Virus record (IMG/VR): IMGVR_UViG_3300042901_002277
Strand: one strand, 5' to 3'
Length of the DNA stretch: 64,000 bases
From: a virus
This document shows, piece after piece, positions 47,601 through 58,800 of the stretch. Both the position numbers and the translations under genes were made by a program. The notes under the pieces were generated by a model that saw nothing but the letters and a program-made list of their open reading frames with translations, had not been told where the DNA came from and did not search any database. The stretch's first letter is position 1. Each line of letters opens with the position of its first letter.

Positions 47601-50600
47601 CAAGAAGATTCCCCACGTCTGTTGTAGCTGGGTCCCCAAGTCTTTCAACTGCTCTTGCTTGCTCTTCGGACATTGCGTAGTATTCATCTTGCTGAATTTT
47701 TTTTGCGTAGCTCGCCCCAGCCTTGTCAGTCTTTACTTTCTTTGACTTTTTCATGGCTTGCTGTCTTGGAGGATTTACTATCTCATCAATTCTGGTGTCA
47801 AGTTCACGTCTCTGCTTCGACCAAACTTTTGCATCTTCGGAACCTTCGAGCTTGGACTTATATATGTCTCGGATTATTTTCTTGTCTTCTAGTAGAACCG
47901 ATTTTGCCTCTGACGATAGACCTGGCTCCTTGAGGGACACCTCAATATCGGCAAGCTTTTGCACCACCTCTTCAGGGTTCATGTCGTTGGTTTGCTGCCT
48001 CAGATTTTTGATTTCTTCTTGGCGCGCTTTGGCAGCCATTTCCTTTGGACGCAATGTACCTTCTGAAAACATCTTTTCACGAACAGACTTACGCAGGGCT
48101 CTCATGTCTCTACTGCGTCTATCCCTATCTTCGCTGCTAAACCTTTCAGCCCACCTTTTTTCTATCAAGGATATTTTTTCATTGTTTTCTTTGATTTTTC
48201 TATTCAAATCTTTAAAATCTGGCGAGTCCTTACTTACTCCATTTTTCTCCATATCGTCGAAGGCGTCGTTATACGCTTCTTTTTGATACTGAAGTCCAGA
48301 AAGAGATTCTATAAATTTTTCGTTAGTTATTGAATTGCTTGTAGTCCATCCCTCTATGTTGGACATTTCTTTTTCATGAGCTATATCAAGTCGTCGTTTT
48401 GCTAGGACCTGAGGGGTGGGTGGGTTTAATATTTCATCAACACCCTTATCAAGTTCCTTTTTCTTTTTTGACCAATCCTTGGGGTCACCAGCATCGCTAA
48501 ATCTTGACTTATATATTGCTCGAATCATTTTCTTATCTTCAAGCAGCTCCGACTTCATTCCTTCTGAAATGCCGGGTTCTTTGAGGGACGTCTCGATATC
48601 GGCAAGTTTTTGCACAAACTCATCGACTGTCATTCTATTCGCTCTGGCTTCGAGGTCGTTTATGTCCTGCTGACGTGTTCTCGCCGCCATCTCATCTGGG
48701 CGAAGCTTGCCTTCAGCAAACATCTTTTGTCGAACCGATTCCTTCATAGACTTCATATCTTTTTTACGCTTTTCACTATCAGGGCTGCTAAACCTCTCTG
48801 CCCAATTCTTTTCTATAAGCGATATGTAGTCATTTGTTTCTTTTATCTTGCGATTAATCTCCTTGAATTGTGGAGAGTCCTTGCTTTCCCCGCTTGCCTC
48901 AAGATTGTCGTAAGAATCATTTAATGATTCTTTTCTGTATTGAAGCTCTGCGAGGCTATCGACAAAATCATCACTTGTCGTGGACGTGTCATTTGACCAG
49001 TTTTGAATTTGCGAAAGACGACTCTTGTGCTCTATTTCAAGCCGTTTCCTCACTTCTGCAACGCTGTTTCCAGACAACTCTGGGTCCGGACCAAGGTTCT
49101 CGTAGTAGCGAGCCTCGATTTCTCTTAAGCCTTCTGCGTCAGACCTTCTTCTAATGTCAATGTATCTACCGTCAGATACGTCATCCATCCACTCAAGTGC
49201 AGCATCGATATCGTCCCCGTATATGAGACCAAGGTCTCTAAGAGCCCAAAGCTCTGCGGCAGCTTCCAGCGCCCAGTGCTCTGCTCCGTATTTATCGTTG
49301 AAATACATCTTTGGATATTCTCCAGCAAGAAATCCAACTACATCCGTTCTGGATAAGGCGTTTTTAAGTGACTCAAGGTCAATCCCGTCTCCAGCCTTTG
49401 ACATAAGGTCCATCACCATCCCGCTAGTGAGGTCTCTAATATTCTCCACCTTTACAGGCTCACCCTTGTCGTTGAGGACTGTAATGAAACCATTAGTCCT
49501 AATCTGTCGCTCTGCTTCTCTGTTGAAAGCTTGCATTTGAATAGTATGGGCAATCTCGTGCTTCATAATATGTCGCGCAAATGCTCGTTCTTCCACCATC
49601 GCTGCAAGTTGTTTTGAATGCCCATCGACAGTAACCAAAAAATCAGTCAGGGCAGTTGCTCTTTCCGAATCAGTCTTTCCACCAACAAAGTCGATTCGCA
49701 TTCTTTCGCCTGGAGCAAGGCTTGGTATTAATGCTTCCTGATTATTCATTATCTCAGGAATATCAACATATATGATACTCATCACACGTTTGCTGTCAGG
49801 CGATGTATACCCACCTGTAGAGGCCTCATCCATGCGTGGGTCGTCAGGACTTTTAACTTGAAAATTAATCTTTGCGATTGTCCTCATGTGCTCTGGGTCT
49901 GCAATGAATGAATCAAGAGCCGATTCGAGCAGAGCTCTTTCAGTTGTGTACCAGCGCTCTGTGTCTGCTGCGATAAGGCTCTTTTGACGTTCTGGAGTCA
50001 GGTCTGAGAATCCAGGAACATGCGCAAGTCTTGCTTTTACTATCTTGTCAATATCCTCTGCTGAAAGCCTGCTGCTTGTATCTATCGTCCATGCACCACT
50101 GTCTCTCAGCTTTTGGAAAACCTCGAATACGTCGTCATTCGTTTTCCTTTTTTCATCTGTTCTGATTACGCCAAGCGAGTCCATCAGGCTTGCGACGTTT
50201 ATGTCCTGTTGAGCAAGCTTGTCCTGCGCACGAATCATGCCATCAACGAATACCCTACTATTTCTATCGTTCAGGCTTGCTTCACGCCACTTTTTAATGT
50301 TCTTAATTCTTTTGCCGTTTTCATCACGCCATACGGTTCTGCCAATTCCCGGTATTGCTCCGTTATCTAGCCATGAGATAAACTCAAAAAGTTTTTTTGT
50401 TGTGTTTTTTACGCCGGTTTCTTTGCTGACATCAATCCCGCTTGCCATCCTTTTGGCAAAATCAAATATCTCAGATGCAGAAATTCCAAAACAATTTGTT
50501 CCTGCGCTGTCTGTGAATTGGTTTGCTGCAGGCGTTCCAGGAGGGCACCTAAATTTTCCATTTTCATCAACAATTATCCCGAACGCGCTGGCGGCTCTCG

Positions 50601-51204
50601 CTATAAGGGAACGACCTCTTTGCCCAATAGTTTGCCCTGGAAGTCTTTTTTCACCATAGCCAGAAGAGTTGGCGGTTTTTTCTCCGTTAAGGCTAAATGG
50701 GTCAAGGGTCTGTTCCGACTCCTCGATAATCTCGTCAGTCTTTTTATTGACTTTATATTTTCTTATTCGCAGTTTTGGTTTTGCTGCAAGAACTCTTGCG
50801 TATTCGTCAGCCGAAACAGAACGTGGTTCATCAACCCATCCAAAGTTTGGTTTCTTTACGGCTGTCTTTCGCAATTTAACTGATGGGAACAGGTTGAGGA
50901 TTTTACCTTCTTCCCACTTTTGGCCCGGAAGATAGTTGTACCCGTTTAGACGCTCAACCATTCCGGGCGTACCACCCTTGTTGGTTCTCTTTTTCCCATC
51001 AGTGTCTTGATATGTTTCTTTACCAGTCGCGCTGTCGAGCGCCTTGACAGAAAGACCAGCGTTCAGTGTTGGTCTTGTTATTGACTCAAGTACGGCCTTC
51101 TTGAACGCAATTGCTGCGTCGTTTAAGTCTCGCCTTCCAGCGAGCGGCGATACAAGCCTCTCGGATGTGATTGTACGTGTTTTATAGAACGGCTTACCCG
51201 TCAT
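44650..51204 (-). CDS. large multidomain virion protein (zincin HExxH, ~215-aa tandem duplication, ART-like domains)
   Basis: HEIAH...EAAAE; duplicated helical block; VIP2-like and DUF3626-like patterns; start reassigned to MTGKPF after GAAAGGGG. Confidence 0.75.
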   Translation of the reverse strand: MTGKPFYKTRTITSERLVSPLAGRRDLNDAAIAFKKAVLESITRPTLNAGLSVKALDSATGKETYQDTDGKKRTNKGGTPGMVERLNGYNYLPGQKWEEGKILNLFPSVKLRKTAVKKPNFGWVDEPRSVSADEYARVLAAKPKLRIRKYKVNKKTDEIIEESEQTLDPFSLNGEKTANSSGYGEKRLPGQTIGQRGRSLIARAASAFGIIVDENGKFRCPPGTPAANQFTDSAGTNCFGISASEIFDFAKRMASGIDVSKETGVKNTTKKLFEFISWLDNGAIPGIGRTVWRDENGKRIKNIKKWREASLNDRNSRVFVDGMIRAQDKLAQQDINVASLMDSLGVIRTDEKRKTNDDVFEVFQKLRDSGAWTIDTSSRLSAEDIDKIVKARLAHVPGFSDLTPERQKSLIAADTERWYTTERALLESALDSFIADPEHMRTIAKINFQVKSPDDPRMDEASTGGYTSPDSKRVMSIIYVDIPEIMNNQEALIPSLAPGERMRIDFVGGKTDSERATALTDFLVTVDGHSKQLAAMVEERAFARHIMKHEIAHTIQMQAFNREAERQIRTNGFITVLNDKGEPVKVENIRDLTSGMVMDLMSKAGDGIDLESLKNALSRTDVVGFLAGEYPKMYFNDKYGAEHWALEAAAELWALRDLGLIYGDDIDAALEWMDDVSDGRYIDIRRRSDAEGLREIEARYYENLGPDPELSGNSVAEVRKRLEIEHKSRLSQIQNWSNDTSTTSDDFVDSLAELQYRKESLNDSYDNLEASGESKDSPQFKEINRKIKETNDYISLIEKNWAERFSSPDSEKRKKDMKSMKESVRQKMFAEGKLRPDEMAARTRQQDINDLEARANRMTVDEFVQKLADIETSLKEPGISEGMKSELLEDKKMIRAIYKSRFSDAGDPKDWSKKKKELDKGVDEILNPPTPQVLAKRRLDIAHEKEMSNIEGWTTSNSITNEKFIESLSGLQYQKEAYNDAFDDMEKNGVSKDSPDFKDLNRKIKENNEKISLIEKRWAERFSSEDRDRRSRDMRALRKSVREKMFSEGTLRPKEMAAKARQEEIKNLRQQTNDMNPEEVVQKLADIEVSLKEPGLSSEAKSVLLEDKKIIRDIYKSKLEGSEDAKVWSKQRRELDTRIDEIVNPPRQQAMKKSKKVKTDKAGASYAKKIQQDEYYAMSEEQARAVERLGDPATTDVGNLLDPDSNVAAVKSINRSYRRAQRSAGNLSPESDTASLEDQIQKVLIPAMEAIDESSIPDDLEIEAEIYFGVTESGFKDISENFDNQGFVSGRIITDESPHKPGEVRDPDGDVVTRAGKEKTRVIVQVSKGDKGLFRTNETELGQEGALILPPGKMKVVDVKPDGTVVVRVQEQDNVVDVLDRLSASIGEEGSGVSRHAKGTKKKIDRVANKYVAQRRENGLSSTPSRPKRDVEIEDKNVEVKREVISAGGSFGEPPSEDYVSESGMTSVGSASDPTAGREVLGVPQTREERKVLRATRANMTFEDTKRVMAGESPRDVMNDMSRESLDPAVADVVARKSIEAILKDVEDAAVEFHAGIDKRPRIRMTESQLTKFADDGEFLPTETDDIILESGAIGRRLERRLNPITRRESPKLSSGARSGSSRKQRVAGIAGSRATGRVLDAVLKRSGADEDTRERVKYGVNMAGALAAGGPAGFATALAVDVARRAGREIAERGLEEAVERGRITQNQMDVAMSAVDRVAPNGLPDPVVDKLADAWTIASDFIDERVVTDENRQRLDEFGNIIRAERGELFENAGQVIGSAREKIGKRFGRGKSKPSETDPFGDFDATPTTPSTSISNEYDDPFAGFDENDYKPVKTEFDDFDGVFSSGRRAGRSSDVFRDEYNSRIGISKSTPNSAKPVSGYVVHRSHNEEKKRRVAASGKGNIGSDAIFEVGDNDIVGDGLTALGEIEVILKPEVSNRTAYGRGEALQSAHRPVAMNSNDPDDIADAIMNADGISSKKQNTEAMLHLLGAKMDKNFSSVNASMDENGRMAPVGAVDSSTRGHEPFEAQILGGFKKSEVEGIHYPYTKVAKVAESEDISDVVNDRSLASKLEKLGFTPEEVAYFYSISGGKPLNTVSMVKLKEYRAAKKIKEKYEGMGIGYVKFAHPQGMNIENPRSYDKTASPTTRVDEILKRNIDAEVEAELKKTLDSIRKSGQLDLMVD

Positions 51205-51220
51205 GGCGGGCCGCCCTTTC

Positions 51221-52678
51221 TTAGATTGTGTCAGTTTCTGCTTCGAGCAGCTGGAATTCAACAAGCGACTTCATGAAATCTCCATCAAGGGTTTCATCTT
51301 CTTTCTTGCTCATTCCTTCGCCACCTGCAACCCAGCCTGCTGGGATTAGATTTTCTTTGCCGAGTTCACGAGCGCGCTTAAGGATGTGTCGCTTTGCGGC
51401 TTCCTTGTCTTTTGCTCGACCGAATGCTTGAATCGCATTTCTCAGGTCGGACTCGCTTGCAATTGGGTATGAGCCATCTGGAAGCGCGTTTCCTTCCTTG
51501 GCCATTGAATTACGCTGCTCTTCGGTGAATGCGCGCTTCAGAGCAATTTCTGCTGCTTCGGCTTCAATCTCTTCTGCTTCTTCTGGTTCGTACTTGTCGT
51601 AACCAAGAACTTCGCCATCAAGAGCAACGAATACATCGTATGACTTTCCGTCAAATCCTTCGATTTCAACAGCGTATGAGTCGATGCCTTCGAAGTTGTC
51701 TGGCTCAACAGCAACCACATGACCGTCAATTGACTTGACTGCGATTTCAGCTGCGTCAGTGAAGCTAATCAAATTGAGTTCATCAATTGCTGCCTTCTGC
51801 TCAAACACGCTTTCATCAAGCTTGTGCCAGCCCATGACTTCTGCCGAAGTTCCATCAATGAACACTTCGACTGCCTTGCCATCCTTGCCCTGAACATCAA
51901 TGACGAACATGTCGGCATCTGGTGAGTAACCTGAATCGATTACTTTTCCATCGAACATTTCTTCAGCCATTCCCTCAACACTCAAGAGGCCTGGCATTCC
52001 TTTTTCTGCGATACATCCACCTGGGCAGTTGTCGCAGACAGAAGTTACGGCTGAGTAGGACTTACGCTCAATTGCGCAGATGTAATCATGGTCGCCAAGC
52101 TCATCTGACTTCATTCCCATTGTCGCCATGCGGCGCTTGCGGAATTTTTCCATCATGATATTTTGCTTCTCAGCTTCCGCCATGTCCTCTTCATCTTCGG
52201 AGTCCATGTCGTCTTCCATCGAGCCTTTTTCTTCTTCAGTGAAGTCTTCTTCGTCTGGGTATTCAGCTTCAAATTCGTCTTCTTCACCGGCACCTTTTTT
52301 CTTGAACTTGTGCATAGCGGTGTTGACTTTTTCTTCATCATCCATCATGTCTTCGTCATCTTCCATGTCTTCCTCTTCGGACTCCATGTCTTCTTCCGCG
52401 CCTTCTTCCATGTCCTCTTCCATGCCCATGGCCTTCATTGGCTTCTTCTTTGGCATCATGCCGTACATCTTTTGCATGTCCTCTTCGGTCATGTCTTCAT
52501 CAGCAACATCAAGGTCTGTTGCTGGTACCATCTTCATCTCTACTGGCATTGCACCGCATTTGCCACACACCTTTGCGCCTGGTGTAAAACCGCATGCAGA
52601 AGCCTCAAGCCCCTTGGCGCACTTGAGCACAGCTCCTTCGCTGTCAATACTCACTGTTGCCTTGTCGTCGTAAGCCAT
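51221..52678 (-). CDS. acidic scaffold-like head protein with PepSY-like repeats
   Basis: D/E/M-rich region; ISFTDAAEIAVKSIDGHVVAVE...YAVEI...DGEVL; C-terminal ALPDGSYPI...DLRNAI motif. Confidence 0.7.
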   Translation of the reverse strand: MAYDDKATVSIDSEGAVLKCAKGLEASACGFTPGAKVCGKCGAMPVEMKMVPATDLDVADEDMTEEDMQKMYGMMPKKKPMKAMGMEEDMEEGAEEDMESEEEDMEDDEDMMDDEEKVNTAMHKFKKKGAGEEDEFEAEYPDEEDFTEEEKGSMEDDMDSEDEEDMAEAEKQNIMMEKFRKRRMATMGMKSDELGDHDYICAIERKSYSAVTSVCDNCPGGCIAEKGMPGLLSVEGMAEEMFDGKVIDSGYSPDADMFVIDVQGKDGKAVEVFIDGTSAEVMGWHKLDESVFEQKAAIDELNLISFTDAAEIAVKSIDGHVVAVEPDNFEGIDSYAVEIEGFDGKSYDVFVALDGEVLGYDKYEPEEAEEIEAEAAEIALKRAFTEEQRNSMAKEGNALPDGSYPIASESDLRNAIQAFGRAKDKEAAKRHILKRARELGKENLIPAGWVAGGEGMSKKEDETLDGDFMKSLVEFQLLEAETDTI

Positions 52679-52815
52679 AAAATAGAGCTCCTTGCGCCTA
52701 ATGGTATGCAGAAGGCTAAACAGCCAACTGTTTATTAAATTATTTGTTTGTAAAAGTATAACCTACCACAGCGCCGCTATGGGAAGTATTGATAAAACGC
52801 TTTTCTAATTATCTG

Positions 52816-55800
52816 TTAACGTCTACTTTTCGAGTTGTCGTGAAGTCGGAGAAGACTTGTCCATTGAGTTGGAGACAGGAACCCTTGTGCCTTGAATTGC
52901 GAAACAAGGCTTTGAGCGAAATTGCTCCACGTGGCATTTTCTGCCCAGCCCATTATTTCATTTTGCATTCTTGGGGTTATGTTCTCTGGGGCTCCGTTGT
53001 TCTTGCGTCCAGATGCAAGCTTTTCAACTGCTTCCTGTCCGGTGTTGGATATTCTGCGAGCAGCTCTTCTTCCGCTACTCAACGAACCACCACTCTTAAT
53101 TGACTCAACCGTCTCGTCGGTGTCGAACATTGTGTTAAGTCTGTCAACTATTACCTGAACTTCGTCATCGGAATAACGAAGTGCTTTTCCAGTGTTTTTA
53201 CTGAATTTTCCTTCTTTTCCTTCTTCGAAAGCCTTGAGTCTTGTTTGGACCTTGGTTGCTCCAATCACTTCGTCAAGTTCTCTACCTTTTACTCTTTTGC
53301 CTCTTCTGGCAAGAGTGTCGGTGATGTTTTTCCAAAGGTCGAATTGTCTAATTGAGTTGTCAAACTTAACTCCCTCTTCACCGAATACGTCTCCAGCGCT
53401 TGGGATTATGCCCTTGTCGACAAGTTGCTCAATAATGGATGTCGGAACTCCTTCTTTTTTCCATTTTTTAAGCTGTATTGCAGTTGGCTTAATCTCTTCA
53501 CCGTCAACCTCAAACGTAATGGCTTCTGCTAGGTCGTCATCAGACTCAACTCCGAATGATTCTGCAAGGGCAGAAACGGGGAAGGCGCTCTTTGAAACTT
53601 CTCTAGCAACAAACTCCTCAGGAAGCTCGAAATCTATTGGTGCGTAGAGGGGGTACATCGCTATACCCTCTTCTTTGTAGTCCTCGTATTCTGCTCTGCT
53701 TAGCTGATTACCTCTACGACGGTCATACCAGTAAGGAGCTGCATCGAAGCCCCAAACTGCCTCAAGCGTCTCGTATGACCTGCCTGGGTCTCTGCCGTTA
53801 AAGAATGCCCTGTCGATAAATTCGTAAGCGTCTATTTCAGAAATACCCGCCCCATCTTGGAACATCTTTTCAAGTTCTATCTCGCTTACGCCAAGGAATT
53901 TTGCACTCTGCTCCCTGTCTAGTGGGTTCCCGTCTTCGTCCCTAAGAATTTGCTCGAGTTTTTTAGCGTCAAGCATCCACTTACCATCTGGTGACCTGTC
54001 GTTATTCCCTGACATTTTGCCAAATTTTATTTTGACTTTGTCCTGAAGGTAATTGCCGACACTGTTTCTGGTCTCGCTGTTAGGGAATCTGAGTCTTCCA
54101 GAGCTGAGTCGGTCGGTACCAAATTCATCTTTGCTTGGTCCTGGTCGCCTCTTGCTTGGGATAGTTGCTGCTCTTTGTCTTACTCCGTCAGCGAATGCCT
54201 GTCTATCGGCATCCGCCATTGGGCGACGCTTTGAGCCTTGAGTTCTATTTCTTCTACCAGAAGAAAACTCTGCTGCATCGCCTTCAACCATATCGAAGTT
54301 AGAGAGGTTCCTAGGAGAAAAAACATCATCAGGAGTTCCCGTAATATCTTCTCTGTCTATGGCCACTCCATTGTCTTCAAAGAACGTCTGAGTGCTAAAA
54401 AGGTCGCTCAGCTCGTCTTCAAGACCATTTACGTTCTTGACGTACAAATCTCCAAGCTTTGATGCAAACTCTTGTGGAGTCAAATCTCCACGGTCTGCAG
54501 AATCGATGAGTTCTTTTATTTCGGCAATTTGCTCTTCGTGGGTAACCGTGGAGAATCTGTCTTCTACGTCGTCAATTTCCTCGAGTGCATAGATAATGGA
54601 GTCTGCGTCAGATTTGATTAGGTCAATAGCTCTTTCGTTGTCCCCATCGGCAAGGTCTATATTTCTCTCCATCGCTGATTCGAAATCAACTGGGCCTGGA
54701 ATGTCCCTTGCCCCCATGCGAGTTGTGGTTCTGAAGGCATCTTCTAGTTCAGAAATGCTGCCCTTCATGTCCTCAATCTCGTCATTTAGTCCAGAGAGGG
54801 TCTCTTCTGTACGTCTCAATTCATCGTGAATTCTGTCTATCGCATCGTCGATGTCCACCAGCAAATCCATCTCATCTTCTGCAACTGGCGCATATTTGTC
54901 AATTTCGAAAATAGACGAACCGGCAGGCATTCTCTTGCCATCAAGCAAGGAACGGAGCAAATCATTTCTTAGAGCGACAAGTCGGTCGAGAGATTGAACT
55001 GCTTCGGCGTGGTCTTCAAGAGGGATTGTTACGCGGAACTCACCTTTTTTCTCTGTTCCAAGCCTTCCGCCAAAAGCATTTTGTACAACCATGCTCTCGT
55101 ATCGAGCGTCGTCCTCAATCTCCGCACGCACTTCATCAAGTGGTCTGATTCTCCCAGAACTCAATCTGCCTGAAGTGACATTTCTTGTTCTTTGCGCCCT
55201 GGCACCAGGGGTGCCACGTGGAACACCTGGTTGTGTCGGGTTGTATGGAGCATCCGCGCCGTCAACTAGTCCCTCAATCTTGTGGAGACTGTAACTTCTG
55301 TACTGACCTTGGTCATCGTCAAGACCTACGACATATATGCCGCCGCCTTTTTTGGCCATCATTCCAGTTGGGTAGATGGTTCTTGGCTTTCCGCCGTACG
55401 TGAATGAAACGCTTTCACCGTTCCTGCGTATCGAGTCAAAATCGTACTTATCAGCAGGCACAGGGGCTAATCGAGAAGCGATGTATCTTGAGTTTGAACC
55501 AGCTTCATCCGTTCTCTTAAGAGCATTCGATACTGTGCCAATTGTTTCTACTGGAGTTTCGTCGTATCTTGAGCGAACGCCAGATGAAAGCCTGCCATTT
55601 TCTCTTGCAAGCTCCATCCGAATATCGCTGGCCTCATCTGCCCAGTCTTCTGCGCTCCATTCAAGACGTGATTCATCAATCTCCGCAATCATCCGCGTGT
55701 ATTGCTGCCTGTCGTAACGTTCGTTCACAATCCTTATGGAATCTTGATACTCTGCGTCTCTGCGGGCTGTTTCTTCGTCAAGCATGCTTGATATTTTTTC

Positions 55801-58800
55801 AAAATCTGTTTCTTCTTTGAATTTTTTAGCCCATGCTTTACGGGTGTCTTCGTAATCGCTAATCCACCTAGCCACATCTTCAGGACTGTCGTATTCATCG
55901 CTGACGACTCCAGCCCAATCACGGTCGGAGTCCTCATTGAATTCAAGTCGCAGCAGTGCTGCACTCCAAAGGCCGTTTTCGCCCTCGGTGATGTCCCATT
56001 CATTGTCTGAAGCCCTTGATTCTTCAAAATCTGCACGGCCAACAAAGTAGTGCCTGTCGTTAATGCGACCACCTCTTGCCATATCAAATCTGGTTAAGAG
56101 TTCATCTCCGAATGCGCCCATTTCGTCAGCAAGGGTTCTTATTGTTCCTTCTGGATTCCTTACGTATTTTTCACGTTTGCCAGAAGAAAGTGAAGGACCG
56201 ATGTCGCCATATCCTCCGTCGTTGTTGCCTGGGAGTACTCCTGACTCTGCAACTTTTTTGCCGAGCTTTGCGCTCATTGATGGAGACTTTGATATTGCGT
56301 AATCATGTGCTTTTTGAGCTTCGCCAAAAGCCTTCTTCATTGCATCAGGGTCAGACTTAAGTTTCTTCAACCAGCCAGCAAGATACTGCGCATGGTCCTC
56401 TCTTGGCTCTGGGGTTAGACCATGTGCAGCCATAAAGAATGCAGAAGCTATTTCTGCAACAAGTTCTTCTTGTGCATACTCAGGGCTTCCAAACTCTCCA
56501 AGATGGTCTCTGTTCAGACGTGATGGATGTCCTGTCCAGTGCATTAACTCGTGAGCGAATACCGCGTAATAACCTTCTCTGCTCTTGAATGCAGAGAATG
56601 GAGGAAGATGTATTTCGTCTGTTGATGGTCTATAGAATGCTCTATCTCCACCAGTATTAACAACCGCACCAACTTCTGACAAGGCTTGTTCAAGTTCGGC
56701 TACGCGCTCTTCTTCTGGGAGTTCTGGGACTCTGAACTTCTCCTTATCGATTCCGTCAATTTGGTCGATGTTGAAAACATGTCCAGTCTTAAAGAACACT
56801 CCTCCGGACCCGCGAATTTCATTTCCGTCTGCATCCTTCTTTTTAGGAATAATTGTAGGAATCAATATCAAGGTGCCTTTTTCGCCCTTGCGTACTGTTC
56901 CGCCCTCTTTTTTCCACTGATTAAACCCAGCCCATAGAGGCATGTCGTAACCCATTGCGTCCTGCTTGAACATCAGCATTACGCTGTTGATTCCGCTGTA
57001 AGGACGGTTGTTGTTCGTTACGTTCTTCGGCAGAGATGTCTTGTGCCAAGGGAACTCCCACTTGCCATCACCTGATTCTTGAATCTTTTCTATTTGCTCT
57101 ATCAGGTTTGATTGAACGCTTCTGTAAACCTCGTCCAACTTTCCTGATGAAAGCCTTTGACCAACTTCAAGGTCATCAAGAGGACTTACGTAATCTTTTC
57201 TTCCAGAAGAGAATGCTCCATCGCGGTCAAGCCAGCGTTTTGCTTCTTTATCCATGCTGCGCATGAGTTGCATATGCTTTTGCTCGCGAGTTCTAATATC
57301 TTCTCTGCTCATTCCAAGGGCTTCTGCCGTTGCGGCAAGAGACTCCCCGCCCATGCGGCGAAGATAAATTGATTCATTCAGAGCAAGCTCTGCTGCTTCT
57401 TCTGCAGCCATGCGTGCCTGGTCTTCACGATAAGCCTCAATGTCATCAAAGTCTGGAGTTTGCAATGTTCCGCGCTCGCGGGCCATATGGCGCATTTCTG
57501 CTTGTCTAACTTCCTCGCGCTTCATACCAAGAGCTTTTGCTGTTTCTGCAAGAGACTCTCCAGCCATGCGGCGTTCAAATACTTCTCTGTCAGAGATTCG
57601 CGATTCCTGTTCTTCGCTTATTCTTCCTGAAGAAAGGTTTCTGTCTTGACGGTTGTCGTAGAGCCTTTCCAGATAATCCTGGTACATCGCCTTTGCGGCT
57701 CTGTTGAAGTTGTCGCTGTAGTTATCGCCTTGTTCTCTGTACTCGTCTAGATATTCTTCCTGCTTCGGTGAATCACTGCTGTAAAGCCAGTGGTCAAGAA
57801 TTCTTTCTACTTCATCTTCGCTTGAGCCATCTGAGGAGAGGTCTCTCCGCATCTCCGACATCATGTCAGCCCATTCTCTGTCGTCCTTGTCGAGCTCGAG
57901 CATCATTTCACGGTCCGGGTGAGCTTCTGGCGTGTACTCCAATAGGCTCGACAAATCCACATCATGGTCTTCAAGGGTCTGCCAATCTCCATCCCTTGCT
58001 GCGTCTACGAGGAAGCTGGCATAATTGTCTCTAATTGCATCAACATTGTCACCACGTTCGTAGTCACCTGAATCATCAATGAATTTTCTAAAACCATAAT
58101 CAAAATCTGGGTCTGAATCTGCACCACCAATTACGCGGCCTATTTCATCTGCAAGATTTTTGGCTGCCTGTTGCTTGTCGATTTCGTCAAGTTCGTCAAA
58201 TTTGCGCATCCCTGAAGAGAAGCGTGAAGTCAGCCCACTGTCGCTGAGTTTTTGTTTAAATGCTTCTTGGTGCTCTGCGCTTCCGTATTCAGCTCCGGCT
58301 GGTTTGTAGTTCTCCGCTACGTATTGCAGCTTGTCAATTGGGGCTGCTTCTTCGTAGATACTCTCGAAGTACTCTTGGTCGGATGCATCACTGCGTCGTT
58401 CTGGTTTGGCGTAGTCAATTAGCTCTTGTTCGGTTGTTGGACCATAAACTGATTCATATTTTTCTTCGTCGGTTCCATCTGCGTCTACGAATTCATTAAA
58501 CACCCAATCGTCCCAGGACTCACCTTCTGGAAGCATGTCATCAAGAATGTCGATAAATGCCGCATTTCTGTTGAACATCTCTCTTTCGCGGTCATCCATC
58601 GGCACTGGTCGGTCGCTGTCTGTTCGTCCAGAAGAAAGACCTGACAATGAGACTTCAGCATCACTGTCGTATTTTTCAATCCAGCCAAGTGAGCCAAGGT
58701 CTAGTTCCTCTTCGGCTCGAGTTACAGCGACATAAGACAGCCTGAGTTCTTGCTCATCAGGGAATACAACGTTGCCCAAATCGTCTTTTTTCGGTCCTCT

